In this document: positions 8,493 through 19,507 of the stretch, piece after piece
Layout of the letters: each line of letters starts with the position of its first letter
How positions within the stretch are numbered: the first letter of the stretch is position 1
Assembly (NCBI GenBank): GCA_050250895.1
Contig: JBFWNU010000001.1
Location: forward strand, 2,756,891-2,820,890
Origin: Vulcanimicrobiota bacterium
Lineage (GTDB): Bacteria; Vulcanimicrobiota; Xenobia; Xenobiales; JADMJV01
Reading direction: 5' to 3'
Length of the DNA: 64,000 nt
The notes under the pieces: generated by a model
Database searches by the model: none
Told to the model about the DNA's origin: nothing
Seen by the model: the letters and a program-made list of their open reading frames with translations, nothing else
Program-made: the position numbers and the translations under genes

Positions 8493-10538
8493 TTAGAACT
8501 GAACCACCTTGCGGCGCTGAGTGTTGTCGACGCGAACGAAGCGAAGGACCGTCAGGCTCGAAAGGCGGATACGGTCGCCGGGACTGAGCTTGCGTTCGGC
8601 CCCGGGCAACAAGGAAACGCCGTTGAGGAAGGTCGGGTTGGTCTCGCTACGATGCTGGATATAAAACTGCTCGTCTCGAAAGACGATCGAGACGTGGGTG
8701 CGGGAGACTTCGAGGTCGCTCAAGCGCACCTCGCAGGCCTTGCCGCGACCCACCACGATGCGCTGCTTCGAGAACACGAAGGCTTTGTCTTGGTCGTTGG
8801 CCACGCCGCTTTCGACGGCCAGGCGAAATTGCGCCAGCACATCGACGGTGTGACGCTCGAGAAAGCAGAAGATCGAGTCGCCCAGCTCGATCCGGTCACC
8901 GGTCATGAGCACCACATGGTCGTTGGACTTGAGGGGAACCTGGTTGACGGTCACCGAGCCGCTCTGCCCTTCGTTGAGCAAGGAGAACCGTTTTTCGCGA
9001 TAACGCAGCATGGCCTGGCGATTCGACACACCAAAGCTGTCGATGATGATGTCGTTGGTGCGCTCGCCGGTGGCCCCGATGGAGATGGTGCGTCCCTCAG
9101 GCAGATCGCCCTCGGAGAGGGCTATCTGGCAGCCCTGATTTGGCCCGGCCAGAAAGTCGAAGACGTAGTCGTAGGTTCGCTTCCAGGGCCAGGACAGAGG
9201 ACTGGGTGCCGGCTCGGCGCTCGCAGGAGGTCGGCGCGCCGGGGCGGCCGGATTTTGGGCTGCCACTTGCGAGCGGTTGCCCAGGGTTTCGCGACCCGAG
9301 ATGGTGTCATTGCCCGGCACGGCCGTGCGTCGCGCCCACACGGGGGAAGCCTCGTCGGTGGGCACGGTGTGTCCCACCGTATCGTCAGAAGGGATCACAT
9401 CGGGTTGAATCGGTGCCGGCTGGTAGCTGCGCACCGGCGATGGGGTCGGCTCTGGCGCCGGCTGGGGACTGGTGGGCGGGCTGCGAAACGGCGACTGGGC
9501 CGGTTGCCACTCGTCCTGGCCGGAGCGTGGCGTCATCAACCCCGGTCGGGTGTCGGCCAGCGAGACCCGATCGGTTGGCGAGGGGCGCGCCGCGCGCCGA
9601 ACCACCAGGGCCGAGCGCCCGGCCAGGATGACATCTCCTTCCTGGAGCAAGGTGGGACGCTGACGATCCACCGGGATCTCGCGTGGACTACCGCTAACCA
9701 CGCGACGGACCGCCATGGGCACCCGGCTCGAATCGGACTGCAGCAAGCCGTAGGTGCCCTCGCGACCCTGCCATACCAACATTCCCTGTTCGGAGGGTAA
9801 GGCGTCGTCGTTGAGCAGAACGCCTTGACCACCGCGGGGGTCATCAAAGCCCTCGCGGTGACCGATAATCAAAATCATCTCTTCGAGCGGGAAATTGGCA
9901 CCCTTGTCGGGTCCTTCGGCCACCACCAGCATGTAGGCTGTGTCTGACGGCGTTTCGCCGCGGCTGGGGGTGACGCTAAAGGAGGTCCCGGAAGGCTTGC
10001 GCGGCGGCGGCTCCCAACCGTAACTGGGCGCTGGCGCGGCCGGCTCTGGAGCCATCGGCCGCTGAGGGGGAGGATCGCGACGTTGGCGCTCGACCTCGGA
10101 AAGCGCCTCGAGAATGGGACCCACCACCGAACTGGGGGGCTTCTTGGGCTTCTGCACGGCCTTGCCGAGGCGCCCGCTGCGAGCTTCGGCCTCGCGCTGG
10201 GCGGCCACCGGGTCGGCCTTCTCGAGACCCACCACCAGCAATCCCATCTGAATAGTGCAGCCAGGGTCGAGCAGCTTTTTCTCGACCGGGGCGCCATCGA
10301 TCAGGGTCGGGTTGGTGCGACTTTTGTGTTCGATGAGATACTTGTTTTTCTTTTTCTGCCACTTCAGGACAGCATGAATACGCGACACCGTAGGCTCGTT
10401 GAAGAAGATCATCTTCGGTGCGCGTTCGGACTTGTTGGCGGCTCTACCGAGGGTAATCTGCTCGTGCTCGAGCGGCACGACGCGGCCTTTATTCTTCCCC
10501 TCGATGACCCGTAGCTGCAGTCCTGAAGTCCAGGTCAT
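8493..10538 (-). CDS. Multi-FHA domain protein (4 FHA-like domains, Pro-rich linkers)
   Basis: GR..VSRIH..TNPT and GR..VSRTH..TNPT intact; two degenerate internal FHA-like domains. Confidence 0.9.
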   Translation of the reverse strand: MTWTSGLQLRVIEGKNKGRVVPLEHEQITLGRAANKSERAPKMIFFNEPTVSRIHAVLKWQKKKNKYLIEHKSRTNPTLIDGAPVEKKLLDPGCTIQMGLLVVGLEKADPVAAQREAEARSGRLGKAVQKPKKPPSSVVGPILEALSEVERQRRDPPPQRPMAPEPAAPAPSYGWEPPPRKPSGTSFSVTPSRGETPSDTAYMLVVAEGPDKGANFPLEEMILIIGHREGFDDPRGGQGVLLNDDALPSEQGMLVWQGREGTYGLLQSDSSRVPMAVRRVVSGSPREIPVDRQRPTLLQEGDVILAGRSALVVRRAARPSPTDRVSLADTRPGLMTPRSGQDEWQPAQSPFRSPPTSPQPAPEPTPSPVRSYQPAPIQPDVIPSDDTVGHTVPTDEASPVWARRTAVPGNDTISGRETLGNRSQVAAQNPAAPARRPPASAEPAPSPLSWPWKRTYDYVFDFLAGPNQGCQIALSEGDLPEGRTISIGATGERTNDIIIDSFGVSNRQAMLRYREKRFSLLNEGQSGSVTVNQVPLKSNDHVVLMTGDRIELGDSIFCFLERHTVDVLAQFRLAVESGVANDQDKAFVFSKQRIVVGRGKACEVRLSDLEVSRTHVSIVFRDEQFYIQHRSETNPTFLNGVSLLPGAERKLSPGDRIRLSSLTVLRFVRVDNTQRRKVVQF

Positions 10539-10707
10539 GAACGGGAACTTCTAGCGCCTTTGGACTGTGCCCTCCTGGGAAAAGTGGGGTTCTGGCAAAG
10601 ATTTGTTCACGATCCTGTAACAATTTTAGCAGCCTGTTAACCTGTTCGCCCCCTGAGAAGTGATAGTTCGATACTATGATGAGAAAAAGCCACGAGAGAG
10701 TAACCCA

Positions 10708-11022
10708 ATGCTGAGACTGGACAACCGTCGCCGAGCCCCCCGCTTTAACAACCCCCTGACCGTAGAATGCAACGGCTTTCGCGCCACCTTGCTTAACCTC
10801 AGTCATGACGGGGCCCGCCTGATGCTCGAAGACGATAGTCCGATGCTGCGCCTGCGAATGGGCCTGGGTGCTCACGAAGTCAGCATGCTGGCCGAAGTGG
10901 TTTGGAGCGAGCAGTGGGGCGGCCGCCGCGTGGTCGGGGTCACTTTCTTCGGCATGTCCGATCACACTCGGACGGTGGTTCGCTCCTGGCTTACCAAGCA
11001 ACTCACGCCCACCGCTGCTTAA
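10708..11022 (+). CDS. Single-domain PilZ protein
   Basis: RRAPR (RxxxR), NLSHDG, EVVW and GVTF motifs. Confidence 0.85.
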   Translation: MLRLDNRRRAPRFNNPLTVECNGFRATLLNLSHDGARLMLEDDSPMLRLRMGLGAHEVSMLAEVVWSEQWGGRRVVGVTFFGMSDHTRTVVRSWLTKQLTPTAA

Positions 11023-11073
11023 GGGAGCAGCCTGCGGCTGAGATCTCGACGCTTCGCCTCGACAGGGAGCGGC
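11021..11073. repeat. Solo REP-like hairpin element
   Basis: Near-exact reverse complement of about 19437-19490; lies between convergent genes. Confidence 0.75.
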
Positions 11074-12135
11074 TCAGCGGCCAGCCAGGGCCAGCACCTC
11101 GAGATGATGCGTGTGGGGGAAGAAGTCGTAGGGACGCAGGCTTTCAACCCGGTAGCCATGGGCTTCGAGTTGTTCCAGGTCGCGACGCAGGCTGCCCGGG
11201 CTGCAGGAGAGGTAGGCCAGCCGGACCGGACGCGCAACTTCGGCCAACCAGGAAAGAACCGACCTCTCCAGGCCCGTCCGGGGAGGGTTGAGGTAGGCCA
11301 GGCGTGGGCCGCAAGTCCACCAGGCCTCGAGTTGAGGTAGGCGATGTTCGGCTTTGCCTCGCAGGATGGTCGCTTCGGGGGCATTGAGGGCGGCCATTTG
11401 CACCGCTTCGCCGCTGAGTTCCACGCCAACCGCCCGGGCTCCCGCCGCAAGCCAGAGGCGCAGGCTGTGCCCTAGACCGCAGTAGAGGTCGACGAGTTGG
11501 CTCTCGGGGCCAGCCCCAAGAAACTCGGCAGCTTCTTGCAGCGACTCCTGATGTAGCTGGGGCCGGACCTGCAGGAAGGCGGTGGGCCCATAGGCCAGGC
11601 CCCGCTCGTCGGTGGAGCGCGAGCGACCCCATAGTAGACGCCAGGCACCTTTGCCGAACATCCGCTTGCCGGCGGCCGGGTGCACATGCAGCCACAGGCC
11701 GTCAAGGCCCACGCTGGCCAGCCAACCGGCGTCCAACTCGAGAGCATGGTCGGCCCGGCTCACCAGTGTTGCCTGGGCTCCGTTAACCACCAGAAAGGCG
11801 AGCCGTAAGCCGGGCGGCAGGTCGGCCAGGCCGGAGGCCAGGCGATTGACCCGGTCGGTGTGGAGCGGGCAGTGGGGGATGGCGATGAATTCCTCCTGGC
11901 GTCGCAGGCCGAACTGCCAGCCCCGGTCGTACTCGGCCCTCAGTCTGACCCGGTCACGATAGTGCCAATCCTCGGCTCCGAAACGGGCGGTCTGCAGTCG
12001 GTCCAGCCAGGGGTCAAGCTTGGTGCGGGCCCAGGCCAACTTGGCCTCGAGGCTCTGGCTGGCCGACAGGTCCCGATAGCGACACCCGGGGCATTCGGGG
12101 CGGCACCCGACCGGAGGATTAGCGGTCGGGGGCAA
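11074..12135 (-). CDS. RlmD/RlmC/TrmA-family RNA m5U methyltransferase, no TRAM domain
   Basis: CRPECPGC, DLYCGLG, NPPRTG, YLSC and DFFPHTHHLE motifs; start estimated at TTG 12135. Confidence 0.85.
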   Translation of the reverse strand: MPPTANPPVGCRPECPGCRYRDLSASQSLEAKLAWARTKLDPWLDRLQTARFGAEDWHYRDRVRLRAEYDRGWQFGLRRQEEFIAIPHCPLHTDRVNRLASGLADLPPGLRLAFLVVNGAQATLVSRADHALELDAGWLASVGLDGLWLHVHPAAGKRMFGKGAWRLLWGRSRSTDERGLAYGPTAFLQVRPQLHQESLQEAAEFLGAGPESQLVDLYCGLGHSLRLWLAAGARAVGVELSGEAVQMAALNAPEATILRGKAEHRLPQLEAWWTCGPRLAYLNPPRTGLERSVLSWLAEVARPVRLAYLSCSPGSLRRDLEQLEAHGYRVESLRPYDFFPHTHHLEVLALAGR

Positions 12136-13771
12136 CGGCGGTGGCCAGCGGGGCCAACTTGTTTTCGATGGCCTCGAGCATGGGCGACAGAGTGCTCGCA
12201 TCGATGGCCGAGACACAAGGGAAGGGATACTCGTCGAGGATCTCCTCGAGTTCTTCTGACGACACCTGATCGGCTTTGTTGAAGACCAGCAAGATGGGCA
12301 GGTTGTCCAGGGCCAGGTCAGCCAGGATCCGCTCCACCGCCAGGATCTGATCGCGAAAGTGAGGGTTCGACACATCCACCAGATGCAACAACAGGTCGGC
12401 GTCATAGAGTTCTTCGAGGGTGGCGTGGAAAGCCTTGGCCAGATCGCTGGGCAGATCGCGGATGAATCCCACCGTGTCGGTCAGGATGGCGTGTTGGCCT
12501 GAAGGCAGATAGAGCCGTCTGGAAGTAGGGTCCAGGGTGGCGAAGAGACGGTCTTCGGCCAGGATGTCGCTGCCGGTCAAGGTGTTGAGCAGGGTCGACT
12601 TGCCGGCGTTGGTGTAGCCGACGATGGAGATGATCGGCAGCGGCGAGCGGTTGCGGGCCGAGCGCAAGACTTTGCGGCGCTTGGAAAGCTGCTTGAGTTC
12701 TTGCTCGAGGCGGGCGATACGGTCGCGCACACGCCGGCGCAAGACCTCGAACTTGGTCTCGCCCGGGCCGCGGGCGCCGATGCCGCCGGTCAGGCGCGAC
12801 AAGAAGTCGTCTTTGAGCACGAGGCGAGGCAGGCTGTACTTGAGCATGGCCAGTTCAACCTGCAGCTTGCCGCCGCGACTGTGGGCGCGGTGGGCGAAGA
12901 TGCCCAGAATCAGCTGGGTTCGGTCCCAGACTTCAAGTTCGCCGAACTCCGAGATAGCTCGGACCTGCGAGCCCGAAAGCTCACCGTCAAAGACCATCAG
13001 GTCGACATCTTTTTGCATGCAGTGGATGTAGAGTTCTTTCATTTTGCCGCTACCGACCACGAACTTCTTGTCGAGCTTGTTGCGGCGCTGCAGAATGGTG
13101 TCGACCACTTCCAGGTCGGCCGACTCGGCCAGGTCGACCAGCTCTTCCATCGACTCGCGCAACTCGTCGAGGCGACCGGTGGTGACGCCCACCAGAATCG
13201 CGCGTCGGCGCTTTCCGTCAACCTTGCGTGAGGCGCGAGTGGTGGCCCCGAACTCTTCCTCGAGGCTGCGGATGAAGCCTTGGAAGTCCAGGCGCAGGTC
13301 ATGGATCGCAACCGGAGGGTCGGTTTGCCAGGGCGGGCCGTCGCCATGCTCGGGTTGGAGGTAGCCGATGAAGACGTTGCCGGGCAGGCCGTTCTCTTTG
13401 ACCTCGATGGCGGCTACCAGGTCAAAACGCAGCAGGGCCAGGTCGGTCAGGTCGTCGTGGCTCAGGGGCTCGCCCTTGAGATGGGTGTGCAGGAAGCGCA
13501 GGCCACGAAAGCGAGACTTGCCAACGCGATAACGCCCCATCTCGGAAATCTCGATCTGGCGGGCGTCGCCGACGATGACGTCGACCAGCTTTCCGGCTCG
13601 GTCGACGAGAATGCCGATTTGGCGGCCGGTTTCCTCAGAGAGTTCGGTCACGGCCCGAGCGAGTTCGGGGGTGATGACCTGGTCGGGGGGGATGCGTCGC
13701 TGATAAAGCCGCTCCAGCCTTCCTAGCTGGTTCGGCTTCAGTCCGAGGGTGTTGCCTTTGACCTTTTTGAT
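12119..13771 (-). CDS. hflX: Ribosome-splitting GTPase HflX (long form), ATC start
   Basis: [20 protein letters not shown] and NKAD motifs; frame extends upstream as [16 protein letters not shown] with GGAGGA 6 nt before ATC. Confidence 0.95.
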   Translation of the reverse strand: MKKVKGNTLGLKPNQLGRLERLYQRRIPPDQVITPELARAVTELSEETGRQIGILVDRAGKLVDVIVGDARQIEISEMGRYRVGKSRFRGLRFLHTHLKGEPLSHDDLTDLALLRFDLVAAIEVKENGLPGNVFIGYLQPEHGDGPPWQTDPPVAIHDLRLDFQGFIRSLEEEFGATTRASRKVDGKRRRAILVGVTTGRLDELRESMEELVDLAESADLEVVDTILQRRNKLDKKFVVGSGKMKELYIHCMQKDVDLMVFDGELSGSQVRAISEFGELEVWDRTQLILGIFAHRAHSRGGKLQVELAMLKYSLPRLVLKDDFLSRLTGGIGARGPGETKFEVLRRRVRDRIARLEQELKQLSKRRKVLRSARNRSPLPIISIVGYTNAGKSTLLNTLTGSDILAEDRLFATLDPTSRRLYLPSGQHAILTDTVGFIRDLPSDLAKAFHATLEELYDADLLLHLVDVSNPHFRDQILAVERILADLALDNLPILLVFNKADQVSSEELEEILDEYPFPCVSAIDASTLSPMLEAIENKLAPLATAVAPDR

Positions 13772-14006
13772 ACGCTATCCTCCGGCCCGTATTCTAGCCG
13801 AAAGAACCAATTTTGGTCAACAGGCGGAATGACGCGCCATGAGAGAATTCGGCAGCGTTTACTGTTTGCAAAATTAGGCCAGGTCTAGGCGGCTGGTATT
13901 TTTTCTCCAGGTTTAACATGTTGGAAGCAATTTTTACATGGTGTTTACAGATTTTGTGAGTTGCACCCGTTATACTTCTACTTAGAAAGCTCATCTGGAG
14001 GACAAT

Positions 14007-15161
14007 ATGGGTCGCAGTCTCAATCTCACCGGTGCACTTCCACTTACGGCCGTCGAGCGGCCCCAGCGCAATGTCGTCGAGTTGCTCGAGAAGTCGCTGG
14101 TGCGATTGCCGGGGATGTCCCCCGAGGGACTCGCCGCCCTGCGCACCTACTCGGCTCAGGCTACCCAGGACAGCAGCCGTTTGCGGGATATGGACGGCAT
14201 CAAGAAGCCCGACTTCGATGACGTCTGGACCCGCCATCGCGATGCCGAGAACGAGGGGCCCACCAGCCGCAGCGTCAGTGAGTTGCAGCGCCGGCTGAGC
14301 CTGGACTGGGACCGAAATCCTGGCATCAAAGCCCTCATCGACGTGCTGACGCGCGAAGGGTTGGCCACTCCCGAGAACCTCTCTCACCTCGAGCGGATCT
14401 ATCGCACCCACGGCTCCGACGCGGCCGAGAAGGTGGCCAAGACCCTGGCTGACTTCGCCGGTCACTATCGCGACGGCCTGGGCGCCGAGCAGAAGCAGCT
14501 GATTTCGGATGCTCTCCACGATATCGCCGTGCCTTCCGACATCAACCAGCGTAACGTCGGCTCGTGCGCGGCCACGGCTGCCCAGATGAAGCTGGCCATC
14601 GAGAAGCCCGAGGAATATGCCCGCATCCTGTGCGACCTGGCCCGGGGGCAGAACACTGAACTGCTCAACGGAGACACCCTCCGGCCCAACGACACCTGGC
14701 GGGGCGACGGTGACGACCGCCGCAGCCTCTCGTGCAAGATCATGCAGAACGCCTTCATGCAGTATGCCCAGGGCAGTTACAACAGCAAGACCGGCAAGGA
14801 CGACGGCCTCAACTGGGGTCAGCAAGAGAACTTGCTGGAAGGCCTCTTTGGAGATAGCGACTACGATAACGACTCCACCGGCATGTTCACCGACAAAGAC
14901 GACCTCTACTCTTACGTCGAAGATGACCTGTCTCGCGGTCGGGCGGTGGTGGTTTCCTTCCCCAACCACGCCGTCACGGTGGTGGGCATCGACAAGCGCA
15001 GCACGCCCCACAAGGTCATCATCGACTCCTGGGGTGGCCAGTATAGCATGTCCGTCGAGGAGTTCAAGAAATACGTTCAGGCCGTGCGCAGCCTCGATGA
15101 CAGCGGCTGGGATGATCGAAAGACCCCCGACGGCCAGCTCACCATCGTGGGCGACCACTAG
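14007..15161 (+). CDS. Putative papain-fold cysteine peptidase
   Basis: INQRNVGSCAA, NHAVTVVG and IIDSWG motifs; GGAGG SD. Confidence 0.7.
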   Translation: MGRSLNLTGALPLTAVERPQRNVVELLEKSLVRLPGMSPEGLAALRTYSAQATQDSSRLRDMDGIKKPDFDDVWTRHRDAENEGPTSRSVSELQRRLSLDWDRNPGIKALIDVLTREGLATPENLSHLERIYRTHGSDAAEKVAKTLADFAGHYRDGLGAEQKQLISDALHDIAVPSDINQRNVGSCAATAAQMKLAIEKPEEYARILCDLARGQNTELLNGDTLRPNDTWRGDGDDRRSLSCKIMQNAFMQYAQGSYNSKTGKDDGLNWGQQENLLEGLFGDSDYDNDSTGMFTDKDDLYSYVEDDLSRGRAVVVSFPNHAVTVVGIDKRSTPHKVIIDSWGGQYSMSVEEFKKYVQAVRSLDDSGWDDRKTPDGQLTIVGDH

Positions 15162-15361
15162 CAACTTCGCCCCGGGAAAAGGAGTACTTACTCGCCTCCA
15201 GGCTCTCTCTCTCGAGCCGATAATCACGGGGTCCGACCTGGTTTTGACCGGTGACCCCGCTGGTGAAAAGGACTTTCCACGAATTTTGGGGGTAGGCAGG
15301 CCCGCCTTGAGTCAGCACGAAATTGATGACCTGGGGGAGTCTCGCAGGGAAAGGGTCTTTC

Positions 15362-17458
15362 TTGTCCGAGAGAGAGACAATAGACGAGTTCGAAGAGCCG
15401 AAGGGCCACATCCTGGTGGTTGATGACGAGGAGATCAATCGTGACCTCCTTTCTCGACGCTTAGAGAAGCGCGGCTATCTCGTGACGACTGCTGTCGACG
15501 GCACCGAAGCGCTCGACTTTGTCGAACAGAACGCCTTCGACATGATTTTGCTCGACATCATGCTGCCCGGCATCGACGGCATCGAGGTGCTCGAGCGAAT
15601 TCGTCGCGTCCACGCCGCCAGCGAGCTTCCCGTCATCATGGTCAGCGCCAAGGATGACAGCGAAGGCATCGTGCAGGCCCTGACCCTGGGCGCCAACGAC
15701 TATGTCACCAAGCCGGTGGATTTTCCGGTCGTTTTCGCCCGCATCCAGACCCACCTCAACCATCGCCAGGTGAAGATTGCCCTCAAAGAGAGCGAAGAAC
15801 GCTATGCCCTGGCTCTGGCCGGGGCCAACGACGGCCTCTGGGACTGGGACCTGCGCACCGACCGCGTCTATTACAGCCCCCGTTGGAAGGCCATGCTGGG
15901 CATCGGCGAGGCGGAGTCGGTGCTGGCCTCGCCCGAAGAATGGTTTGGCCGCGTCCATCCAGATGATCTGCCTGAACTCAAGGAACGATTGCAGCGCCAT
16001 CTCGAGCAAGGCACGTCGCACTTCGAGAGCGAGCATCGCATGCTCCACACCGATGGCTCCTATCGCTGGGTGCTCAGCCGAGGAATGGCCGTGCGCGACT
16101 CCCAGGGCGAGGCTTATCGGATGGCCGGCTCCCAGTCGGACATCACGGCCCGTAAGGTCTATGACCCCTTGACCGGCCTGCCCAACCGGGTGCTGTTCAT
16201 GGACCGTCTCTCCCACGCTTTGCGCCGCTTCAAGCGCTACAAGAACTACGAGTTTGCGGTTCTCTTGCTCGACCTTGACCGGTTTCGTATCGTCAACGAC
16301 AGTCTCGGTCATCACATCGGCGATCAGCTGTTGATTCACATGGCCCGACGTCTCAATCTGTGCGTGCGCACCGGCGACACGGTGGCCCGCTTCGGCGGCG
16401 ACGAATTCACCATTTTGCTCGACGATATCAAGGACGTCAGCGACGCCACGCGCGTAGCCGAGCGCATTCAGCAGTCCCTCAAGACGCCTTTCCGCCTCGA
16501 GGGCCACGAGGTCTTCACCACCACCAGCGTGGGTATCGCTCTGTCGGCCACCGGCTACGAAGTGCCCAACGACGTGGTGCGCGACGCCGATACCGCCATG
16601 AACCGGGCCAAGGCCCTGGGCAAGGCTCGTCACGAGATGTTCGATCGGGCTATGCACACCCAATCTTCCAAGCGGCTGCAGCTCGAGACCGACCTGCGCA
16701 AAGCCGTCGAGCGCGAAGAGTTCGTGGTTTACTACCAGGCCATCGTGTCTCTAGAAGACGAGTCGATCAATGGTTTTGAAGCACTGGTGCGGTGGATGCA
16801 CCCGACCCGCGGCATGGTGCCTCCCGACGAATTCATCTCCATCGCCGAAGAGACCGGATTGATCCTGCCCATCGACAAATTCGTGCTGCGCGAGGCCTGC
16901 CGTCAGACCAAAGAGTGGCAGGCCGAGTTCGGTCCCCTGACGATTAGTGTGAACCTCTCGGCCAAGCAGTTCGCCATGCCCAACATCGTGCTCGAGATCG
17001 ACCAGGTGCTCGAGAAGACGGGGCTCAATCCTAACGACCTCAAAGTCGAGATCACCGAGAGCGCCCTGATGGACAATGCCGACTCGGCAGCCGAGATCTT
17101 CCGACAACTCAAGGCTCGCAACGTGCGCCTCGGACTTGACGACTTTGGCACCGGCTACTCATCCTTGAGCTATCTGCACCGTTTTCCTCTCGACACCCTT
17201 AAGATCGATCGCTCGTTCGTCAGTCGGATGGACAACACGGGCGAAAACGAGGCCATCATCCGCACCATCGTTTCCTTGGCCCAGAACATGGACTTTCAGA
17301 CGGTGGCCGAAGGTATCGAGACCAGTTCTCAGTTTAGTTCGCTACGCGAACTCGAGTGTCTCTACGGTCAGGGGTATTTCTTCTCGAAGCCGATGCCGCC
17401 TGAGGAGGCCGAGCAACTCCTGGCCCGGAAAGTAGGGAGGCTGAAGGCTCAGCCCTGA
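15362..17458 (+). CDS. REC-PAS-GGDEF-EAL c-di-GMP signalling response regulator
   Basis: ILVVDD..LLDIMLP; PAS (GLWDWD, VHPDD); GGDEF; EAL; [10 protein letters not shown]; start uncertain between 15323 and 15362. Confidence 0.95.
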   Translation: MSERETIDEFEEPKGHILVVDDEEINRDLLSRRLEKRGYLVTTAVDGTEALDFVEQNAFDMILLDIMLPGIDGIEVLERIRRVHAASELPVIMVSAKDDSEGIVQALTLGANDYVTKPVDFPVVFARIQTHLNHRQVKIALKESEERYALALAGANDGLWDWDLRTDRVYYSPRWKAMLGIGEAESVLASPEEWFGRVHPDDLPELKERLQRHLEQGTSHFESEHRMLHTDGSYRWVLSRGMAVRDSQGEAYRMAGSQSDITARKVYDPLTGLPNRVLFMDRLSHALRRFKRYKNYEFAVLLLDLDRFRIVNDSLGHHIGDQLLIHMARRLNLCVRTGDTVARFGGDEFTILLDDIKDVSDATRVAERIQQSLKTPFRLEGHEVFTTTSVGIALSATGYEVPNDVVRDADTAMNRAKALGKARHEMFDRAMHTQSSKRLQLETDLRKAVEREEFVVYYQAIVSLEDESINGFEALVRWMHPTRGMVPPDEFISIAEETGLILPIDKFVLREACRQTKEWQAEFGPLTISVNLSAKQFAMPNIVLEIDQVLEKTGLNPNDLKVEITESALMDNADSAAEIFRQLKARNVRLGLDDFGTGYSSLSYLHRFPLDTLKIDRSFVSRMDNTGENEAIIRTIVSLAQNMDFQTVAEGIETSSQFSSLRELECLYGQGYFFSKPMPPEEAEQLLARKVGRLKAQP

Positions 17459-17511
17459 AGCTGACCAACTACATAGACCGCTTCGTTCCTGGCTCGTTAC
17501 GCTCGGAGGGC

Positions 17512-18834
17512 GTGGACCCGTTTCGTCGCTCGCGTCTGGTGGTGGGCTTTTCCTGGTTGGGCGGGTTCTGGTGCCTGGTTTTCTCGTTCATGTTCTCGGT
17601 CCAGTTCCACGAGACGCCGGCCGCCTATGCCAGCCTGGCTGCTTGCTTTTTGTGTCTGCTGACGCCGATGGTTTTACGTTGGACGGGCTCTCCGACGGCG
17701 GCAGGCAACTATCTGTTGAGCGTGGCCTTTCTCACTCTGGCCTTCTTTTCATGGAACTTCGGCGGTTACAAGGCACCGGCCCTGACCTGGACGGTGTTGT
17801 TGCCCATGGTGGCCATCATGGTGGCCGACAACCGCTCGGGGGTGGCCTGGTCGTGCGTGGTCATTGCCCTGGTCATCGGTCTCTACTTCGCCGATCTGTT
17901 CGGTTATCAAGCTCCCGAACTGCTGGCCCCCGAGGACATGCGCATCGTGGCCTGCGTGGCCACCATCGGCCTCATGGTGCTCATCGTGCTCTTCACCCTG
18001 CTCTACGAGACCTTCAAAGACCGCACCCTCGAGCGACTCAAGATGGCCAATCTCAAGCTTTCCGAAGCCCGCGACCGGGCGCTGGAGGCCAGCCGCACCA
18101 AGAGCACCTTCCTGGCCAATATGAGCCACGAACTCCGTACGCCACTGAATGCGGTCATCGGCTACAGCGATATGCTGGTGGAAGAGGAAGCCATCCGCCC
18201 TGAAGAGTTCCAGGCCGACCTCAAGCGTATTCGCGCGGCCGGCAAGCACCTGCTGCGGCTGGTCAACGACATCCTCGATCTGTCCAAGAGCGAAGCCGGC
18301 AAGATGGAACTCGAGATCGACGATTTTGCCCTCAAGCCGCTGGTCGAGGAGCTGGTCGAGACGATGGCCCAGTCGGCGGTCAAAAACGAGAACGCTATAG
18401 CCTGCGAGTTCGGCGCCTCGCTGGGCGAGATGCGCAGCGATGCCACCAAGGTCCGCCAGTGCCTCTACAATCTGCTCAGCAATGCCTGCAAATTCACCCA
18501 CGGAGGCAAGATCGTGGTGACGGTGAAACGGCTCAGCATCGACGGCCGCGAATGGTTCGAATTCTGTGTTAGCGACACCGGCATCGGGATGACCCCGGAG
18601 CAACGGGCGCGGGTTTTCGAACCGTTCGTCCAGGCCGACACCACCATGGCCCGCCGCTACGGCGGAACCGGACTGGGTCTGTCGCTGACGGTGCGCTTCT
18701 GCCAACTGCTGGGCGGCACGCTGGCGGTCGAATCCGAAAAAGGCAAAGGCTCGATCTTCACCCTCATTCTCCCCGCCGAAATCGACGGCGCGGCCGAAGA
18801 ACTGCTGGCTCTTCCCGGCGAGCAGGACCTGTAG
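17512..18834 (+). CDS. Membrane sensor histidine kinase
   Basis: Several TM helices; [19 protein letters not shown] and GGTGLGL motifs; may start at CTG 17455. Confidence 0.93.
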   Translation: MDPFRRSRLVVGFSWLGGFWCLVFSFMFSVQFHETPAAYASLAACFLCLLTPMVLRWTGSPTAAGNYLLSVAFLTLAFFSWNFGGYKAPALTWTVLLPMVAIMVADNRSGVAWSCVVIALVIGLYFADLFGYQAPELLAPEDMRIVACVATIGLMVLIVLFTLLYETFKDRTLERLKMANLKLSEARDRALEASRTKSTFLANMSHELRTPLNAVIGYSDMLVEEEAIRPEEFQADLKRIRAAGKHLLRLVNDILDLSKSEAGKMELEIDDFALKPLVEELVETMAQSAVKNENAIACEFGASLGEMRSDATKVRQCLYNLLSNACKFTHGGKIVVTVKRLSIDGREWFEFCVSDTGIGMTPEQRARVFEPFVQADTTMARRYGGTGLGLSLTVRFCQLLGGTLAVESEKGKGSIFTLILPAEIDGAAEELLALPGEQDL

Positions 18835-18887
18835 GCTCGCCAGGGAGCCGGCCTTTGGCCGGAGAGGGGAGCGCTCGCTGCGCTCGC

Positions 18888-19200
18888 GGGATAAGGAGCG
18901 GCCTTCGGCCGGGAAAAGGAGCGACCTTCGGCCGGGATAAGGAGCGACCTTCGGCCGGGATAAGGAGCGGCCTTCGGCCGGGATAAGGAGCGGCCTTCGG
19001 CCGGGATAAGGAGCGGCCTTCGGCCGGGATAAGGAGCGGCCTGCGGCCGGGATAAGGAGCGACCTTCGGCCGGGATAAGGAGCGGCCTTCGGCCGGGATA
19101 AGGAGCGGCCTTCGGCCGGGATAAGGAGCGACCTTCGGCCGGGGAAAGGAGCGGCCTTCGGCCGGGATAAGGAACGACCTTCGGCCGGGGAAAGGAGCGA
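18888..19200 (+). repeat. Tandem array of 23-bp hairpin units (13 full plus 1 partial)
   Basis: Unit GGGATAAGGAGCGGCCTTCGGCC at 23-bp spacing from 18888. Confidence 0.95.
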
Positions 19201-19264
19201 AGCTCGCTGAGCTCGCTTCGGGAAAGAAAAAAGCGGCCCAAGGCCGCTCTCAGCGCGCAGCGCT

Positions 19265-19505
19265 GCTCCTTCTCCCGGTGGCGAAGCCACCGCTCCTTGT
19301 CGAGGCGGAGCCTCGAGATCTCCGGGCGAAGCCCACGGCTCCTTCTCCCGGTGGCGAAGCCACCGCTCCTTGTCGAGGCGGAGCCTCGAGATCTCCGGGC
19401 GAAGCCCACGGCTCCTTCTCCCGGTGGCAAAGCCACCGCTCCCTGTCGACGCGACAGCGTCGAGATCTCAGCCGCAGGCTGCTCCCCTTCGAGGCGAAGC
19501 CTCGA
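19265..19505 (-). repeat. Tandem 73-bp multi-hairpin units (2 full plus 1 diverged)
   Basis: Units start 19265, 19338, 19411 with GCTCCTTCTCCCGGTGGCGAAGCCACCG; opposite polarity to the 23-bp array. Confidence 0.9.
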
Positions 19506-19507
19506 TT

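Noticed and set aside
18888-19505. CRISPR array
   Set aside because: Units abut with no unique spacers, and there are no cas genes; the same applies to 40621-41351.
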